Positions 35,650 through 48,477 of a stretch of DNA of 52,373 nucleotides are shown here, piece by piece. A program made the translations under genes and the position numbers. This DNA comes from Chiloscyllium plagiosum (lineage: Eukaryota). Numbering within the stretch: the first letter of the stretch is position 1; every line of letters starts with the position of its first letter. The notes beneath the pieces are model-generated. The model made no database searches. It saw only the letters and a list, made by a program, of their open reading frames with translations, and had not been told where the DNA came from. The stretch spans positions 8,294,360 through 8,346,732 of the forward strand of contig NC_057754.1 in NCBI RefSeq assembly GCF_004010195.1, in the 5' to 3' direction.

Positions 35650-36290
35650 AACAGAAGGTATTTAGCAAGCTTACCTCCGTTGCTCAGACCTTTGAGTGTC
35701 GGAGTTGGGACGTTCATGTTGAGGTTGTACAGGGCATTGGTGAGGCTTTGTCTTGATTACTGTGTCCAGTTCTGGTCACCCTGTTACAGGAAGGAGATTA
35801 TTAAACCGGAGAGGGTTCAGAAGACATGTACCAGGATGTTGCTGGGAACGGAGGGTTTTTGAATTACAAGGAGCTGGAGGCTGAAAAGACTGGGAATTTG
35901 TTCACTGTCGGGGGTGACCTTGTAGAGGTTTATACAATCACGAGGGGTGGAGATAAAGTGAATGGCAGGTGTCCTTTCCTTAGGGTGCGGGATTTCAACA
36001 CTAGGGAGCATGTGTTTAAGAAGACAGGAAGATGATTTTTATAAAAAAACATGAGGGGCAATTTTTTTTTTTACGCAGAGAGTGGTTCACATGTGGAATG
36101 AACTTCCAGAGGAAGGGTTGGACATGGGTACAGTTACAACGTTTGAGAGACATTTGGATACGTTCATGAATAAGAAATGTTTGGAGAGATATGGGCAAAG
36201 CACAGGCGGGTGGGCCCAGTTTAGATTGGGAACATGGTTGGCGTGGAGTGGGTGGTCCACAGGGTCTGTTTCCATGCTGTATGACTCGAT
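35650..36290 (+). mobile_element. CR1-like LINE 3' fragment
   Basis: MLRLYRALVRLCLDYCVQFWSPCYRKEIIKPERVQK; tail gggtctgtttccatgctgtatgactc. Confidence 0.9.
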
Positions 36291-36479
36291 AACACTGACA
36301 GGCACCCAGGCGCAGACAGCAACCAACATTCGGGACAGGAGATCCCTTAACTGCCCAGACATGTTCATGGCCAGCTTGGCCAGGCCTGGGAACAGGGCAA
36401 AGTGGTCCATTAGTTCAAAGATATGGGCACAGTGCAGTGTGTGCACGTGAACATGTTATCATTTCGTTCGTCTATTGGC

Positions 36480-37130
36480 TTTAAGGTGCTCGCCTCTGAA
36501 TGAAAACACCAGTCCGTTATCTGGGGTGCATTCTGGAGCCTGACACCCCGTGTACAGGGCTGTGGGTGTGCTGCACTGTCAGAGATGCTGTTTCTCAGAT
36601 CCAGCCTCTATCTGCCCCCTCTGGTGAACGTAAATGATCCCACATCAATCTTCCAGAAGATAAGCTCATGGTCAATATGTATCTATCCATCATTGACCAG
36701 CACTGGTCAGACATTACATCACTGTGTGTTTATATGTGTGTGTGAGTGACAGTATCTGCGTGTGTGAGAGAGTGTATGTGTGTATGAGTGAGAGTGTATG
36801 TGTGTGTGAGTGTATGTGAATGTGCGAGTGTGTGTTTGTGAGAGTGTCTGTGTGTGTATTTATGTGTTGTGTACGTGTGTTTGTGTATGTGTGTGTGTTT
36901 TTGAGGATGTGTGTGTTTGGAGTGTGGGTATATATGTGTGTGTTTGGTGCGTTTGTGTGTGTTTGAGGTTGTGTGTGTTTAGGTGTGTGTAATTGTGGGA
37001 GATCATGCTGTGTGCCATGTGCCTCCTGTCCTATCTACAATACACTTTCAAAAAAGATTTCATTGACTGCAAAGGGGCCAATGTAGGTCAGGGAGGACAT
37101 TGTACAAAGACAAGTCTGCCCTTTTTTCTA
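36480..37130 (+). mobile_element. SacSINE1/Deu-like SINE split by a (TG)n tract (~36722-36990)
   Basis: gtgctgcactgtcagagatgctg...ctgccccctctggtgaacgtaaatgatccca body; tail tacactttcaaaaaagatttcattgactgcaaag. Confidence 0.65.
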
Positions 37131-38009
37131 ATAGGAGGAACAGCTGCAGCTAGTCAGCTATTGGTCAGTTTGAACAAGAGTCTTTGACCCCATTGAGCTG
37201 TCTTTATTACTGCTGAGAGAAGGCCTCTGCTTTTGAAACTTTTTCGTCCTGCACTTATCAGGATAACATGGCAAGAATGCCAAATCTTAAAGGGAACAAC
37301 AATTTGAAAAGGAGGTAGAGGTGTTGCCGTGGGGAATACCCCAGGGAATGGCTGAGCCCAAGACTTTGATTTAGTTGATGTTCTTCCTGTTTATAATCCC
37401 TCCCTGAGGTGTAGGCATCTTATATCGTTCAGACGTGAGGCACAGTGCAGGGCGATGGAGACAAGGTAGGGTTTGGGGTGGGGAGGGACACATGGGGTAC
37501 TCCTTCAGAGAGTCTGCATAGCCATAACGAGATGAATGGCCTCCCAAAAAGGCTTCAATTGAACCATCGTGTGGGACACTTCATTGATTTGTTCACCGGG
37601 TTCTGCCTCGTCACTCGATGAGTGCAGACGGGCCTGTTGAGGCATTCAGGCCAGGGTCTCGAGGAATGAGTAAAGCAGAAAGGAAGTGAGGGGGAAGGTG
37701 AGGGAATTGGGATCAGGCAGACTGCCGAGCGACTGAGGGGGTCAGCAGAATGGCGCGGCTCTATCTCACACAATCTTACGTTGACCAATTAACTGCTCCC
37801 GGGGTCGCCATGGAAATGACAAGCTGAAAAATAACACCCTGGCGAGAAGCAACTGTTGTGAGTAAGTGCAACAAAAAGCTGCCAGAGGCACTTTGATGTG
37901 GAATTTGCTCCGATGAAGAATCATCGAGGCAAATAACTCAGAGGCTGGGAATACTGCAGCGAGTAACTCAGCTCCTGACTCTGCAAAACCTGTCCACCAT
38001 CAACACTAT

Positions 38010-38425
38010 CTGGGTGGAGTCTGCATCTTCTCCCCGTGTCTGGGTGGGGTTTCCTCCAGGTGCTCCAGTTTCCTCCGACAGTCCAAAGATGTGCAGGCTA
38101 GGGTGGATTGGCCGCGCTAAATTGTCCCATAGTGCCCAGGGATGTGCAGGCTAGGGTGGATTGGCCGCGCTAAATTGTCCCATAGTGCCCAGGGATGTGC
38201 AGGTTAGGGTGGATTGGCCGTGCTAAATTGCCCCATAGTGCCCAGGGATGTGCAGGTTAAGATAGATTGGCCATGGGAAATTACCCATACCCGAGACTGT
38301 GTGAGTTAGCCATGTGCAGGCAGGGTTAGATGGTAGTGGGAAGTGGGTCACAGCGGTGTGCTCCTCAGAGTGTCAGTGTGGACTTGATGGGTTGAATGGC
38401 CTGCTTCCACACTAGGGATTCTATG
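38010..38425 (+). mobile_element. 5'-truncated HE1-like SINE with about 4 internal units
   Basis: V-domain, 53-mer repeats, tail. Confidence 0.88.
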
Positions 38426-38894
38426 AATTTCACAGGACCTCGGTGTCCAACAGGAAAGGACAGCAAGTCTCTTTTGCTAATCCTGGGTCGGTGTAACTAT
38501 ACACTGACACAGGCCTTTATGTGTAACCTGAAGGGAAATCAGTGTTGATTAAAGCTCATTGTGGCCCTTGGCGGGCTTTCCTGGTGACAAACAGAGAGTC
38601 TTCAGCTGCAGGGTCAGGGTTGGGATTGGCGAGTCTGTCAGAAGTTGTTAGACACAAATAATACAGTGAGCCTGAGGGCCAGATGCTGAAGAGCATGACT
38701 AGTCGTTTCACAGATTCTCACCTTAGCAGTGTGCGGCTGGAATTGTCTGCCCTACATTCGCCTTTGGATGGAGCTGGCCTTCTGTCGTGGTGAAATGCTT
38801 CTCGCTTCCCTGCATTTCCATAGCGCCGCTCCCACCCTCCACACCACCTGCCCGCGCTCTGAAAGCAGTGACCTGTCTTTGGGGCGCAGCCTCT

Positions 38895-39260
38895 GTTCAT
38901 AGAACCCCCACAGCGTGGGAGCGAGGTCATTGGGCCCATCAGGTCTACATCGACCATCCGAACAGTGTCCCACCCAGAACTGCCCCCTCCCCCTGTCAGT
39001 CCCATCCCTGTAACCCTTCATCTCCCATGGTTAACTCACCGACACACGCCTGCACACTATGGGGCAACTTAGCACGGCCAATCCACCCTAACCTGCACAT
39101 CTTTGGACTGTGGGAGGAAACCGGAGCACCCGGAGGAAACCCACGCAGACACGGGGAGAATGTGCAAACTCCACACAGGCAGTTGCCCGAGGGTGGGATC
39201 GAACCCGAATCCCTGGTGCTGTGAGGCAGCAGTGCTCACCACTGAGCCCCCGTGCCACCC
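38895..39260 (-). mobile_element. HE1-like SINE
   Basis: Reverse complement head gggtggcacgggggctcagtggtgagcactgctgcctcac, B box gggttcgatccc. Confidence 0.9.
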
Positions 39261-39474
39261 TGTAGGAAGTGCTATCAATGTCCCAGGGCTTACCATTGTT
39301 CAGAAATTCAACTGGACTCGCCATATAAACGCAGCGGCTACAAGAGCAGGTCAGGGTACTGGGAATACTGCAGCAAGTAACTCATCTCCTGACTTCCCAA
39401 AGCCTGTTACCCCATCTCCAAGGCACAACTCAGGGGTGTGATGGAATACACCCCACTTGCTCCTGCATGGGGTC

Positions 39475-39997
39475 AGTGTGGAGGGAGCTTTGCTGTGTAT
39501 CTAACACTGCGTTGTCACTGATCTGGGAGTGTTTGATGGGGAGGGCGCTTTACTCTGTATCTAAACCTGTGCTTCGCTGTCCTGGGGAATGTTTGATGGT
39601 GGGACAGTGTAGAGAGAGCTTTACTCTGTATCTAACCCCGTGCTGACCCTGTCCTGGGGAATGTTTGATGGGGGACAGTGTAGAGGGAACTTTACTCTGT
39701 ATCTAACCCCGTGCTGACCCTGTCCTGAGGAGTGTTTGATGGGGGACAGTATAGAGGGAGCTTTACTCTGTATCTAACCCCGTGCTGACCCTGTCCTGGG
39801 GAGTGTTTGATGGGGGACAGTGTAGAGGGAGCTTTACTCTGTATCTAACCCCGTGCTGTCCCTGTCCTGGGAGTGTTTGATGGGGGACAGTGTAGAGGGA
39901 ACTTTACTCTGTATCTAACCCCGTGCTGTCCCTGTCCTGGGGAGGGTTTGATGGGGGGACAGTGTAGAGGGAGCTTTACTCTGTATCTAACCCCATG
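39475..39997. repeat. About 70-71-bp minisatellite
   Basis: (ggggacagtgtagagggagctttactctgtatctaaccccgtgctgtccctgtcctggggagtgtttgatg) x about 7. Confidence 0.93.
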
Positions 39998-40869
39998 CCA
40001 GCGACCTTCCCCTCCCGTGACAGAGTGAAGGGGCTCCATCATAGAGGGGTGACCACATTAACGCGATGCTGCAGACTGGTGAATCTGTTTGTGCTGGGGT
40101 TCCCTGCACCCACTGGGTGCTTCACTCAGCCAGCCCTCTCAGCTATGTGCACCGCTATCTCTTGGGGACCGGAAATTGAGTGAACTGGGCGTTTCGTTTC
40201 GGACCCCACCGTTTCTCTTCCGCTGCCCCTCTCCCTCCTCCGTCAACTGTTGCCAAGCAACGGAGGTTGATTCCCACCCACCCCTTCCCTGAGGTGCTTC
40301 AGGGGTTCAGAGAGATTCAGAGCAGGGAACCACCTCTGCTCCATCACTGGACAGGATTGGGAGGCTGATTTAATTGCCCCCCTCAGCTCCCCGTCAATAA
40401 TCACGTTCTGGGATCGAGGGAATTCCCCCCTTTCTGCCCGGGGGGCTCCCTACTGGGATATATTGAAGGCTGTGATGGACAGACGTTGCGGTCTCTCAGG
40501 GAATCGAGGGGAAGCAGGGAGGACACTGTCGAAGGCCCCAAGTTTAGGCCTGACCATACTGACTGACAGAACAGGCTCAATGGGCTGAGTGGCCTGCCTT
40601 TTCCGCTTCACACTGTTCCCCCATTTCGCATGGATTTGAATGATGAAGGAGAGATATCTGCAGCCAGGGGTGGTTTCCGAGCTGCGATAGGTCCGTCAGA
40701 GAGGCGGTGCTAACAACGCTGAATGATGAAGCCAGAACCCCAGGATCATGATCTGGGCAAATGGGCTCGAATCACTCCATCACAGAGGGTGACATTCAAA
40801 CACAAGGAAATCTGTCATTAAGAGCCCAGCTCATGGCATATGTAAAATCCCAGCTGGTTCACTCAAGTC

Positions 40870-41475
40870 CCACAGCACGGAAACAGACCCTTCGGCCCAA
40901 CCCATCCATGCCAGGCATAATCCCAAACTCAAGTTAGTCCCACTTGCCAGCATTTGGCCCATATCCCTCTAAACCTTTCCTATTCATGTACCTGTCCGCA
41001 TGTTTCTCAAATGCTGTCACGGTACTCACATCTACCACTCCCTCTGCCAGTCCGTGCCACGTACAAACCACCCTCTGTGTGAAAAGGTTGCCCCTCGGGT
41101 CCCTTTTAAATCTTTCTCCTTTCACCTTTAATAAACGCCCCCGAGTTTTGAACTCGCCCACCCTCGGGAAAAGATCTTTGCTGTTCACCTTAACTCTGCC
41201 GCTCACAATTTTATAAACCTCTAATCGGTCGCCCCTCAACCTCCTACGCTCCAAGGAAAAGAAATCCCGGCTCCTCCTTACAAATCAAACCCTCCATTCC
41301 CGGCAACGTCCTGGTAAGTCTCTTCTGAGCCCTCTCTAGTTTAGTAATTTCCTCCCGATAACAGGAAGAACGGAACTCCACACAACACTCCAATGTCCTT
41401 ACAACCTCATTGTGATGTCCCAACTCCTAGACCCAAAGGTCTGAGCATTGAACGCCAGCGTGCTAAACGCCTTGG
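40870..41475 (-). mobile_element. CR1-like LINE 3' fragment
   Basis: Minus ORF ERRRLRGDRLEVYKIVSG..LFPRVGEFKTRG..FTQRVVCTW. Confidence 0.9.
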
Positions 41476-41479
41476 TGTA

Positions 41480-41900
41480 TGAAGGGAAAGTGGATCGGTG
41501 AGGATGACATTCGCTGGAGTTCCGAAGAATGAGGAGGGTTTCTCATAGAAATCTATACAATTCTAACAGGGCCTCGACAGGGTCACATGCAAGGAAGATG
41601 TTCCTGATGACCCAGGCAGTCCAGAACCAGGGGGGGGAGAGCGGTGACATGCTAAGGATTACGGATGGAGCCGTTTCAGACTGAGATTAGAGAGAAATGT
41701 TTTCTCCCCCCCCCCCCAGAGAGTGGGGAGGAAAGCCTGCGGGATTGTCTGTCACAGAAAGGGGTTGAGTCCGAAACCCCGAACGGTTTCAACAGAAGGG
41801 GATGGAGAGATCAAAGTGTACGGGGTGAGGGTGCAGGTAGCTGGGAAACAGGCGACTGAGCTGGAAGGTCAGCCATTGATCCTGTTGACTGGCGGAGTGC
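41480..41900 (+). mobile_element. Degraded CR1-like fragment
   Basis: cgctggagttccgaagaatgaggaggg..ctcatagaaatctatacaattctaacagg. Confidence 0.7.
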
Positions 41901-42894
41901 AGCTACGAGAGATATCAAGGAAAGATGGGGCAAGAGCGCGGGTGGGGGAGGGGGGAAAGCTGCTGAGCTAGCAGGTTGGCCATCTTTTACTGACTGTCCC
42001 TCCCCCCACCCCCATCAGTGCCAAAGGCAGGTCACCTCCAAACACTAAGTGCTCTCCCCCGCCCCTCTCCCCAGGCAATGCCTGACCCTCTGTGTTCTCC
42101 GTTACCGTTTCAGAGCTCCAGTGTCCAGGGCGTTGGGTCAGCCATGATCCGGTTGCTCTAAGGGTTCCGAATGGTCTCCACCTTTGACGGTGTTGGGGGG
42201 GGAGGGCAGAGATTGGAAGAGGGTGGGAGGTGGTTCCTGGGGAGTGCAGTAAGGAACGGATGGGCTGGATGGCCTGTTACAACCCACTGGAAGCTTTGTG
42301 CGCGGTGCCTGCTCCCTCTGGAACAGGATCCTGATTGCTTTAACTTGAATTCAGTGGGTTAAGTGCATGTGGCAAACATCTTTGTGTACGTGTCAAGTGC
42401 ATGAGTAGGGACAGGGGGAGGGAGAGAGGGCGGCTCTTAATAAAAAGCTGCTATTTCCAACTCAAGCAATGACTCAAAATATCACCTACTGCATTAACCG
42501 ACAAAGCATCCTGCCTCTCAAGCATCATTTAGTGAGCTGGGTACCTCGCTGGAGGATGGAGTGAATGACAGGGACAGATACACAGAGAGAGAGAAACGGG
42601 TTTCTGCCTTGCATTTGACTTGCAGTCAGACATAGCCAGTACCTGTGCTGCACGCTAACAAGGCAGTCTGAGGAATGGGCGAATGGTCCTGTCTCTTTGC
42701 CACCAACCCATTGAGGGAGGTGGGGGCTCTGGCAGGGTCTGGCTGGGGTTGGACAGGTTGGGGGAGGATTGGTGGGTGATCCACCCCCCGCAACTCCTTC
42801 CCCAGTCCTTGTCCCATCATACCTGAATATTGTGCGATATCCTTGACAGAAATTGCTTGCAATAAGGAGAGGGTTGTCGGTCTGAGAGACACAT

Positions 42895-43318
42895 CTCTGC
42901 TACACCCTGCCCTCTGCTACACCCTGCCCTCTCTTACTCCCTGCCCTCTGCTACAGCCCTGCCCTCTCTTACACCCTGCCCTCTGTTACAGTCCTGCCCT
43001 CTGCTACAGCACTGCCCTCTCTTACATCCTGCCCTCTCTTATACCCTGCCCTCTGCTACACCCTGCCCTCTGCTACTGCTCTGCCCTCTGCTACAGCCCT
43101 GCCCTCTGCTACACCCTGCCCTCTTCTACAGCCCTGCCCTCTGCTACACCCTGCCCTCTGCTACACCCTGCCCTCTGCTACACCCTGCCCTCTGCTACAC
43201 CCTGCCGTCTGCTACACCCTGCCCTCTGCTGTAGTTATACCCTCTGCTACACCCTGCCCTCTGCTACACCCTGCCCTCTGCTACACCCTGCCGTCTGCTA
43301 CAGCCCTGCCCTCTGCAT
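42895..43318. repeat. 17-bp minisatellite (ctgctacaccctgccct)n
   Basis: About 25 tandem units. Confidence 0.95.
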
Positions 43319-43833
43319 CTGTGCTGTAGCCTTTAGTCAAGTGATTTCAGACCAGCAGCACTGAGTGGCGGTTTTGGAGTTTACTGCGTCACATTGGACA
43401 CATGAGGATGCAGGAAAACACAATCAGAGGCCCACCTTGTCTGCTCCGGCTCCCTGAATGGATGTCATAACTTTGTGCCAATCTTTTGCCCTTGTCCTGT
43501 GAGCGTGCACTCTCTTTCTATCTGAGCAATCATCCACTGCCCCTCGTTAATGCCTCAATTGGACCTGCCTCCCCCATGTTTACAGGCAGTGCATTCCACA
43601 CCGTTGCTGCTCACTGGATGAAGGTACTTTTCCTCAGCCCGCATTTACTGCCTTGAAGTCTCTCCTGTCCGGCTCTGATTGCTGGGCAACAGGACCAGCT
43701 TCTCCATATCTCCTCTGCCAAGTCGCCCGCTCATGATATTGAAAACCTTCATCTGAACTCCTCTTAACCTTCTCTCCAAGGAGAACACTCCCAACATCTT
43801 CCATCTATCTTCAAAGCTAAACAATTAATTAGT

Positions 43834-43945
43834 ATGTACGTTTGCTCGCTGAGCTGGAAGGGTTGGTTTCAGACGCTTCGTCACCATAGTAGGTAACATC
43901 ATCCGTGATCAGTAACATCATCAACCTGAGCTATACATCTTCTCA
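43834..43945. mobile_element. PLE family B end fragment with a decayed hammerhead
   Basis: tttgctcgctgagctggaagg..cagacgcttcgtcaccatagtaggtaacatcatc..tcaacctgagctatacatcttctca. Confidence 0.7.
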
Positions 43946-44610
43946 CTATAGCGTTAGGGCCCTGAGTAGGGTTGTAGAACAGAGGGACCTGGGGGTTTAG
44001 GTACATAATTCTTTAAAGTATGCATCACATGTAGGCAGGGTGGTTATGAAGGTGTTCAGCATGTTTGCCTCCATTGCTCAGTCCCTTTGAGTCCAGGAGT
44101 TGGGGACATCATGTTGGAGGTTGTGCAGGACGTTGGTGAGGCCTGTTCTGGAATAGAGTCCTAGAGATGTACAGCACGGAAACAGACCCTTCGGTCCAAC
44201 CCGTCCATGCCGACCAGATATCCCAACCCAATCTAGTCCCACCTGCCAGCACCCGGCCCATATCCCTCCAAACCCTTCCTATTCATATACCCATCCAAAT
44301 GCCTCTTAAATGGTGCAATTGTACCAGCCTCCACCACTTCCTCTGGCAGCTCATTCTATACTAGAGGGTGCCCTCTAGTTCTGGACTCCCACCCCGGGGA
44401 AAAGACTTTGTCTATTTACCCTATCCATGCCCCTCATGATTTTATAAACCTCTATAAGGTCAGCCCTCAGCCTCCGACACTCCAGGGAAAACAGCCCCAG
44501 CCTGTTCAGCCTCTCCCTGTAGCTCAAACCCTCCAACCCTGGCAACATCCTCGTGAATCTTTTCTGAACCAGTCCCGGTTTCACAACATCCTTCCGATAG
44601 GAAGGAGATT
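43945..44610. mobile_element. CR1 fragment (plus, 43945-44153) abutted by a younger CR1 3' end (minus, 44154-44610)
   Basis: gaacagagggacctgggggtttagg (plus); minus ORF VQKRFTRMLPGLEGLSYRERLNRLGLFSLE. Confidence 0.88.
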
Positions 44611-45247
44611 GTCCTGTTAACTTTAATGGCTCCTGTACGTAAACACCCAGGTCTTTCTACTCCTGCACACTCGTCAGAATTGTAGCTGTTATTTTATCCT
44701 GTCTCGTCACATTCATTTTCCCCAAAGTACATCACCTCACACCTCGCCATATTAAACCTCATCTGTCTGCCACCTCTCCACCCACTCTACTGACGCGACA
44801 CTGACCTTTTGGAGTGACAAACTGTCCTCTTCACTGTTTACAATGCTTCTGTGTTTTATATCAACCGCAAACCCACAGATTATCTCTTGCACAGCAATAT
44901 CCATATCGTTAATATATTATCAGGAAAAGCAAGAGTCCCTGTACCCTTGTGGTACTCCATGACAAACCATCCAGATCATCCACTGAGCATAACTCTCTGT
45001 ATTCTATTGTTGTGAACCTTCAGGATCCACCTCACCCCCATCATTTTTAATCCATGATTTCCAACCTTTCTCACCAGTCTGTCCCGTGACACTACATCGA
45101 ACGTCCAAGTACACCACGTCAACAGCGTTATCCTCATCGACCCTCTCTGTCACCTTTTCAAAAGAACTCCAGAAAATTCGTTCGGCACGGACTTTAGCTT
45201 AACCAATCCACGCCGACTCGCTCGCATCTTGCCATGTGACAACATCG

Positions 45248-45550
45248 GAAGGATGTTGGTGAAATTTGAAAGGGTTCAGAAAAGATTCACGAGGATGTTG
45301 CCAGGGTTGGAGGGTTTGAGCTACAGGGAGAGGCTGAACAGGCTGGGGCTGTTTTCCCTGGAGCGTCGGGGGCTGAGGGGGGTGACCTTATAGAGGTTTA
45401 CAAAATTATGAGGGGCGTGGATAGGATAAATAGAAAAGGTCTTTTCCCTGGGGTCGGGGAATCCAGAACTAGAGGGCGTAGGTTTAGGGTGAGAGGGGAA
45501 AGATATAAAAGAGACCTAAGGGGCAACTTTTTCACGCAGAGGGTGGTATG
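45248..45550 (+). mobile_element. CR1-like LINE fragment
   Basis: gaaagggttcagaaaagattcacgaggatgttgccagggttggagggtttgagctacaggg. Confidence 0.9.
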
Positions 45551-46009
45551 AGCCTGAGTGATTATTCCTAGGGGTTGCCCCAACATTGAAAGTAAACTGA
45601 CCACTCGCCCACAACTACATCCCATTTTGAACAAGGCTGTAAGGTTTGCAATTCTCCAGAGCTCCCACCTCCTACAAGGCTAGGGAATATTGAGTGTCTC
45701 TTCAATTCTCCCTCTCTCTCTCTCTCTCTCTCTCTGTGTCTCTCTGTCTCTCTCTCTCTCTCCCTCTTTAATATGCTTTGGATATCCTTTCTCTGGTCCC
45801 ACTGCCTGGTCAACTCTTTAAATATCAACAGCTCATCCAGTACCTCCTCCTTATCAGTTTTGAGCCCTCCTTAGGACGGCATGGTGGCTCAGTGGTTAGC
45901 ACTGCTGCCTCACATCAGCAGGGACCCAGGTTTGATTCCACCCTTGAGCCAATCCAGTGAGGGATGGATGCAATCGCCTACCGCTGTTCTTACGAGGGCA
46001 CCCTCACGA

Positions 46010-46345
46010 GAATCATAGAATCCCCACAGTGTGGAAGCAGGCCATTCAGCCCATCAAGTCAAAACCAAACATCCAAAGAGCATCCCTCCCAGACCCGCTC
46101 CCCAATCCCTGTAACCCTGCATTTCCCGTGGCTAATCCACTTAGCCTGCACATCCCTGAACACAATGGTTGATTTCCCATGGCCAATCCACCCGAACCTG
46201 CACATCTTTGGACTGTGGGAGGAAACCGGAGCACCCGGAGGAAACCCCACACGGGGAGAATGTGCAAACTCCACACAGACAATCGCCCGAGGCTGGAATC
46301 AGTCAGGTCCCTGTGAGGCAGCAGTGCTAACCACTGAGCCACTGT
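46010..46345 (-). mobile_element. HE1-like SINE (with a plus-strand HE1 head at 45874-45950)
   Basis: Reverse complement gtggctcagtggttagcactgctgcctcacagg..V-domain..tail. Confidence 0.88.
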
Positions 46346-46610
46346 ATCATATACCTGTAAATTTTATATCTACGTATCATATGTCTGTGTATCACATATC
46401 AACAAATTATATATCTGCATATCAATTATCTGTGAATTATATGTCTGTGGATTCTGTAGCTGCCTATCAAATATCTACATATCACATATCTGTGAATTAT
46501 ACATCTGCATTTAATCTATCTGTTTATCATATATCTGTGAATTTTGTATCTGCATATTATGTATCTGAAAATTGTGTCTTTGATATTATGTCTGCGTATT
46601 GTATATCTGT
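46345..46610. repeat. Degenerate AT-rich repeat (atatctg...)
   Basis: Recurring tatatctg/tatgtctg about every 15 bp. Confidence 0.7.
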
Positions 46611-47629
46611 AGTGACAAACTTGCTCTGGGTCACTTGAGGTGGCAAGAGAGAGGTGGAGACAGAAATTGGGATATTTCCAAATCCTGCGGGTTACAGAGA
46701 GATGGGATGAAATGGTCAAAAACAGTTGAAATAATATTTCAGAAGGCCCTGGTGGGGGTGAAGGGGCTTTGAGCGGAGCTAAGGGGGTGGGAGAGGCTTT
46801 GTGATTCCAGGAATAATTCAAAGGAAACAGTCTTCCTGTCTGCAGCAATTCCCTGCTCTCACTGACGGGGCGTAATTGAAAACGTGTTTTAATATCAGGG
46901 CCAGCGCTGCGCCCAGGCCATTCTGTTTTAGTGTAGTCTCGCCATCGCACACCACGCGAGCGATGCTCCACGTCAGTCTGACTTAGCTGACAGGCTCAGG
47001 AATACCGGTGACCTTTCACCTGGTGAAATTGTAGAGTGAGAGCCCATTTTCTAGACCTGGCGCCAGGGCCTTTACTCAGAGGCAGGGCTGCCCAGCCCTG
47101 AGTGAAGGGGCTTCAGAGGAGGGTGACGTACCTCGGTGGTGGGGTGGTTGTGGGGAGGGGGGGTGGGGGGTGGGGATGCGGTATATTCTCAGGCGGAGGG
47201 AGGTGATGGCCCAGTGGTCTCATCACTGGACTGTTAATGCGGAGACCCAGCCAATGGGTTCAAATCCTGCCACGGCAGACAATGGAATTCGGATTCAATA
47301 AAAATCCAGACTTAAGAGTCAAATGACGATTAATGGTGAAACGCCCATCTGGTTCACTGATCTCCTTGAGGAAAGGACACTACCATCCTGACCTGGTCTG
47401 GCCTCCATGTGACTCCAGACCCACAGCCATATGGTTGAGACTTGACTGTCCTCTGGGCGATGGGCAGTGGATGTTGGCCTAGCTGGTTCTCTACATCGGT
47501 ATCGCCCCCCCCCCAAGTTAATCAGTTACGACGAATCGCGGGAGCGGGTGCTCTGTCTCCTGGCTCAGGCGCTGCACCACAGTGCTCTTTGCCCCAGGCT
47601 CCCCTCCTCAGATCATTTTGAAAGATCCG

Positions 47630-48150
47630 AAAGAATTGGAATATTGTGTCCAGTTCTGGTCGCCTCATTTTTAGAAGGATGTAGATGCTTTGGAGAGGCT
47701 GCAGAGGAGATTTACCAGGATTGGAGGGCCTGACTTATAAAGAGAGGTTGAGGGAGCTCGGACTGTTCACACTGGAGAGAAGGAGGAAGAGAGGTGATTT
47801 GATAGAGGTGTACAAGGTAATGGGAGTCATAGATAGAGTAGATAGCCAGAGACCTTTCCCCAGGGCAGCAATGGCTGTCACGAGGGGTCATAATTTTAAA
47901 GTGTTTGGAGGAAGGTTTAGGGGAGATGTCAGAGGTAGGGTCTTTACACAGAGAGTGGTGGGTATGTGGAATGCACTGCCAGCGGTGGTGGTAGACTCAG
48001 AGACACTCGGGACATCTAAGCGTCTGCTGGACAAGCACGTGGACGGCGGTAAATTGAGGGGTGTGGAGGTTAGGTCGACCTTAGATTAAGATAAATGCTC
48101 AGCACAACATCGTGGGCCGAAGGGCCTGTACTGTGCTGTACAGTCCTATA
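47630..48150 (+). mobile_element. CR1-like LINE 3' fragment
   Basis: PGLEGLTYKERLRELGLFTLERRRKRGDLIEVYKVMG..FTQRVVGMWNALP. Confidence 0.92.
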
Positions 48151-48477
48151 TTCGACGTGACTCACAAAGTGAACGGAAAATGTCGCCCCTGGGGGCTCAG
48201 GGCAGGGGACTGCAGCCCCTTGCGGTGCCCATGGGTGTTGGGCGGTTTCTGGGCACCCTGTGATTGCTTCCCCAGGGGCATAGCGTCGCGGTAACTGAAG
48301 CCCAGTCCTCCCCACTGCTTCCTGGACCCCGGTTATGGGCCAGACAGGAGAGAGCAGCGAATAGATCCCCCACCCCGGGAACTGAGTGTCCCAGGAATAA
48401 ATCAGAAACAAAGAGCGGGAAGAAAAGGCATGCTATTTGGGATTGAGATGAGGAGAAACATCTTCAATTTGGAGGGT

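Noticed and set aside
42843..43364. 173-aa Cys/Pro/Leu-rich ORF
   Set aside because: Translation of the 17-bp minisatellite.
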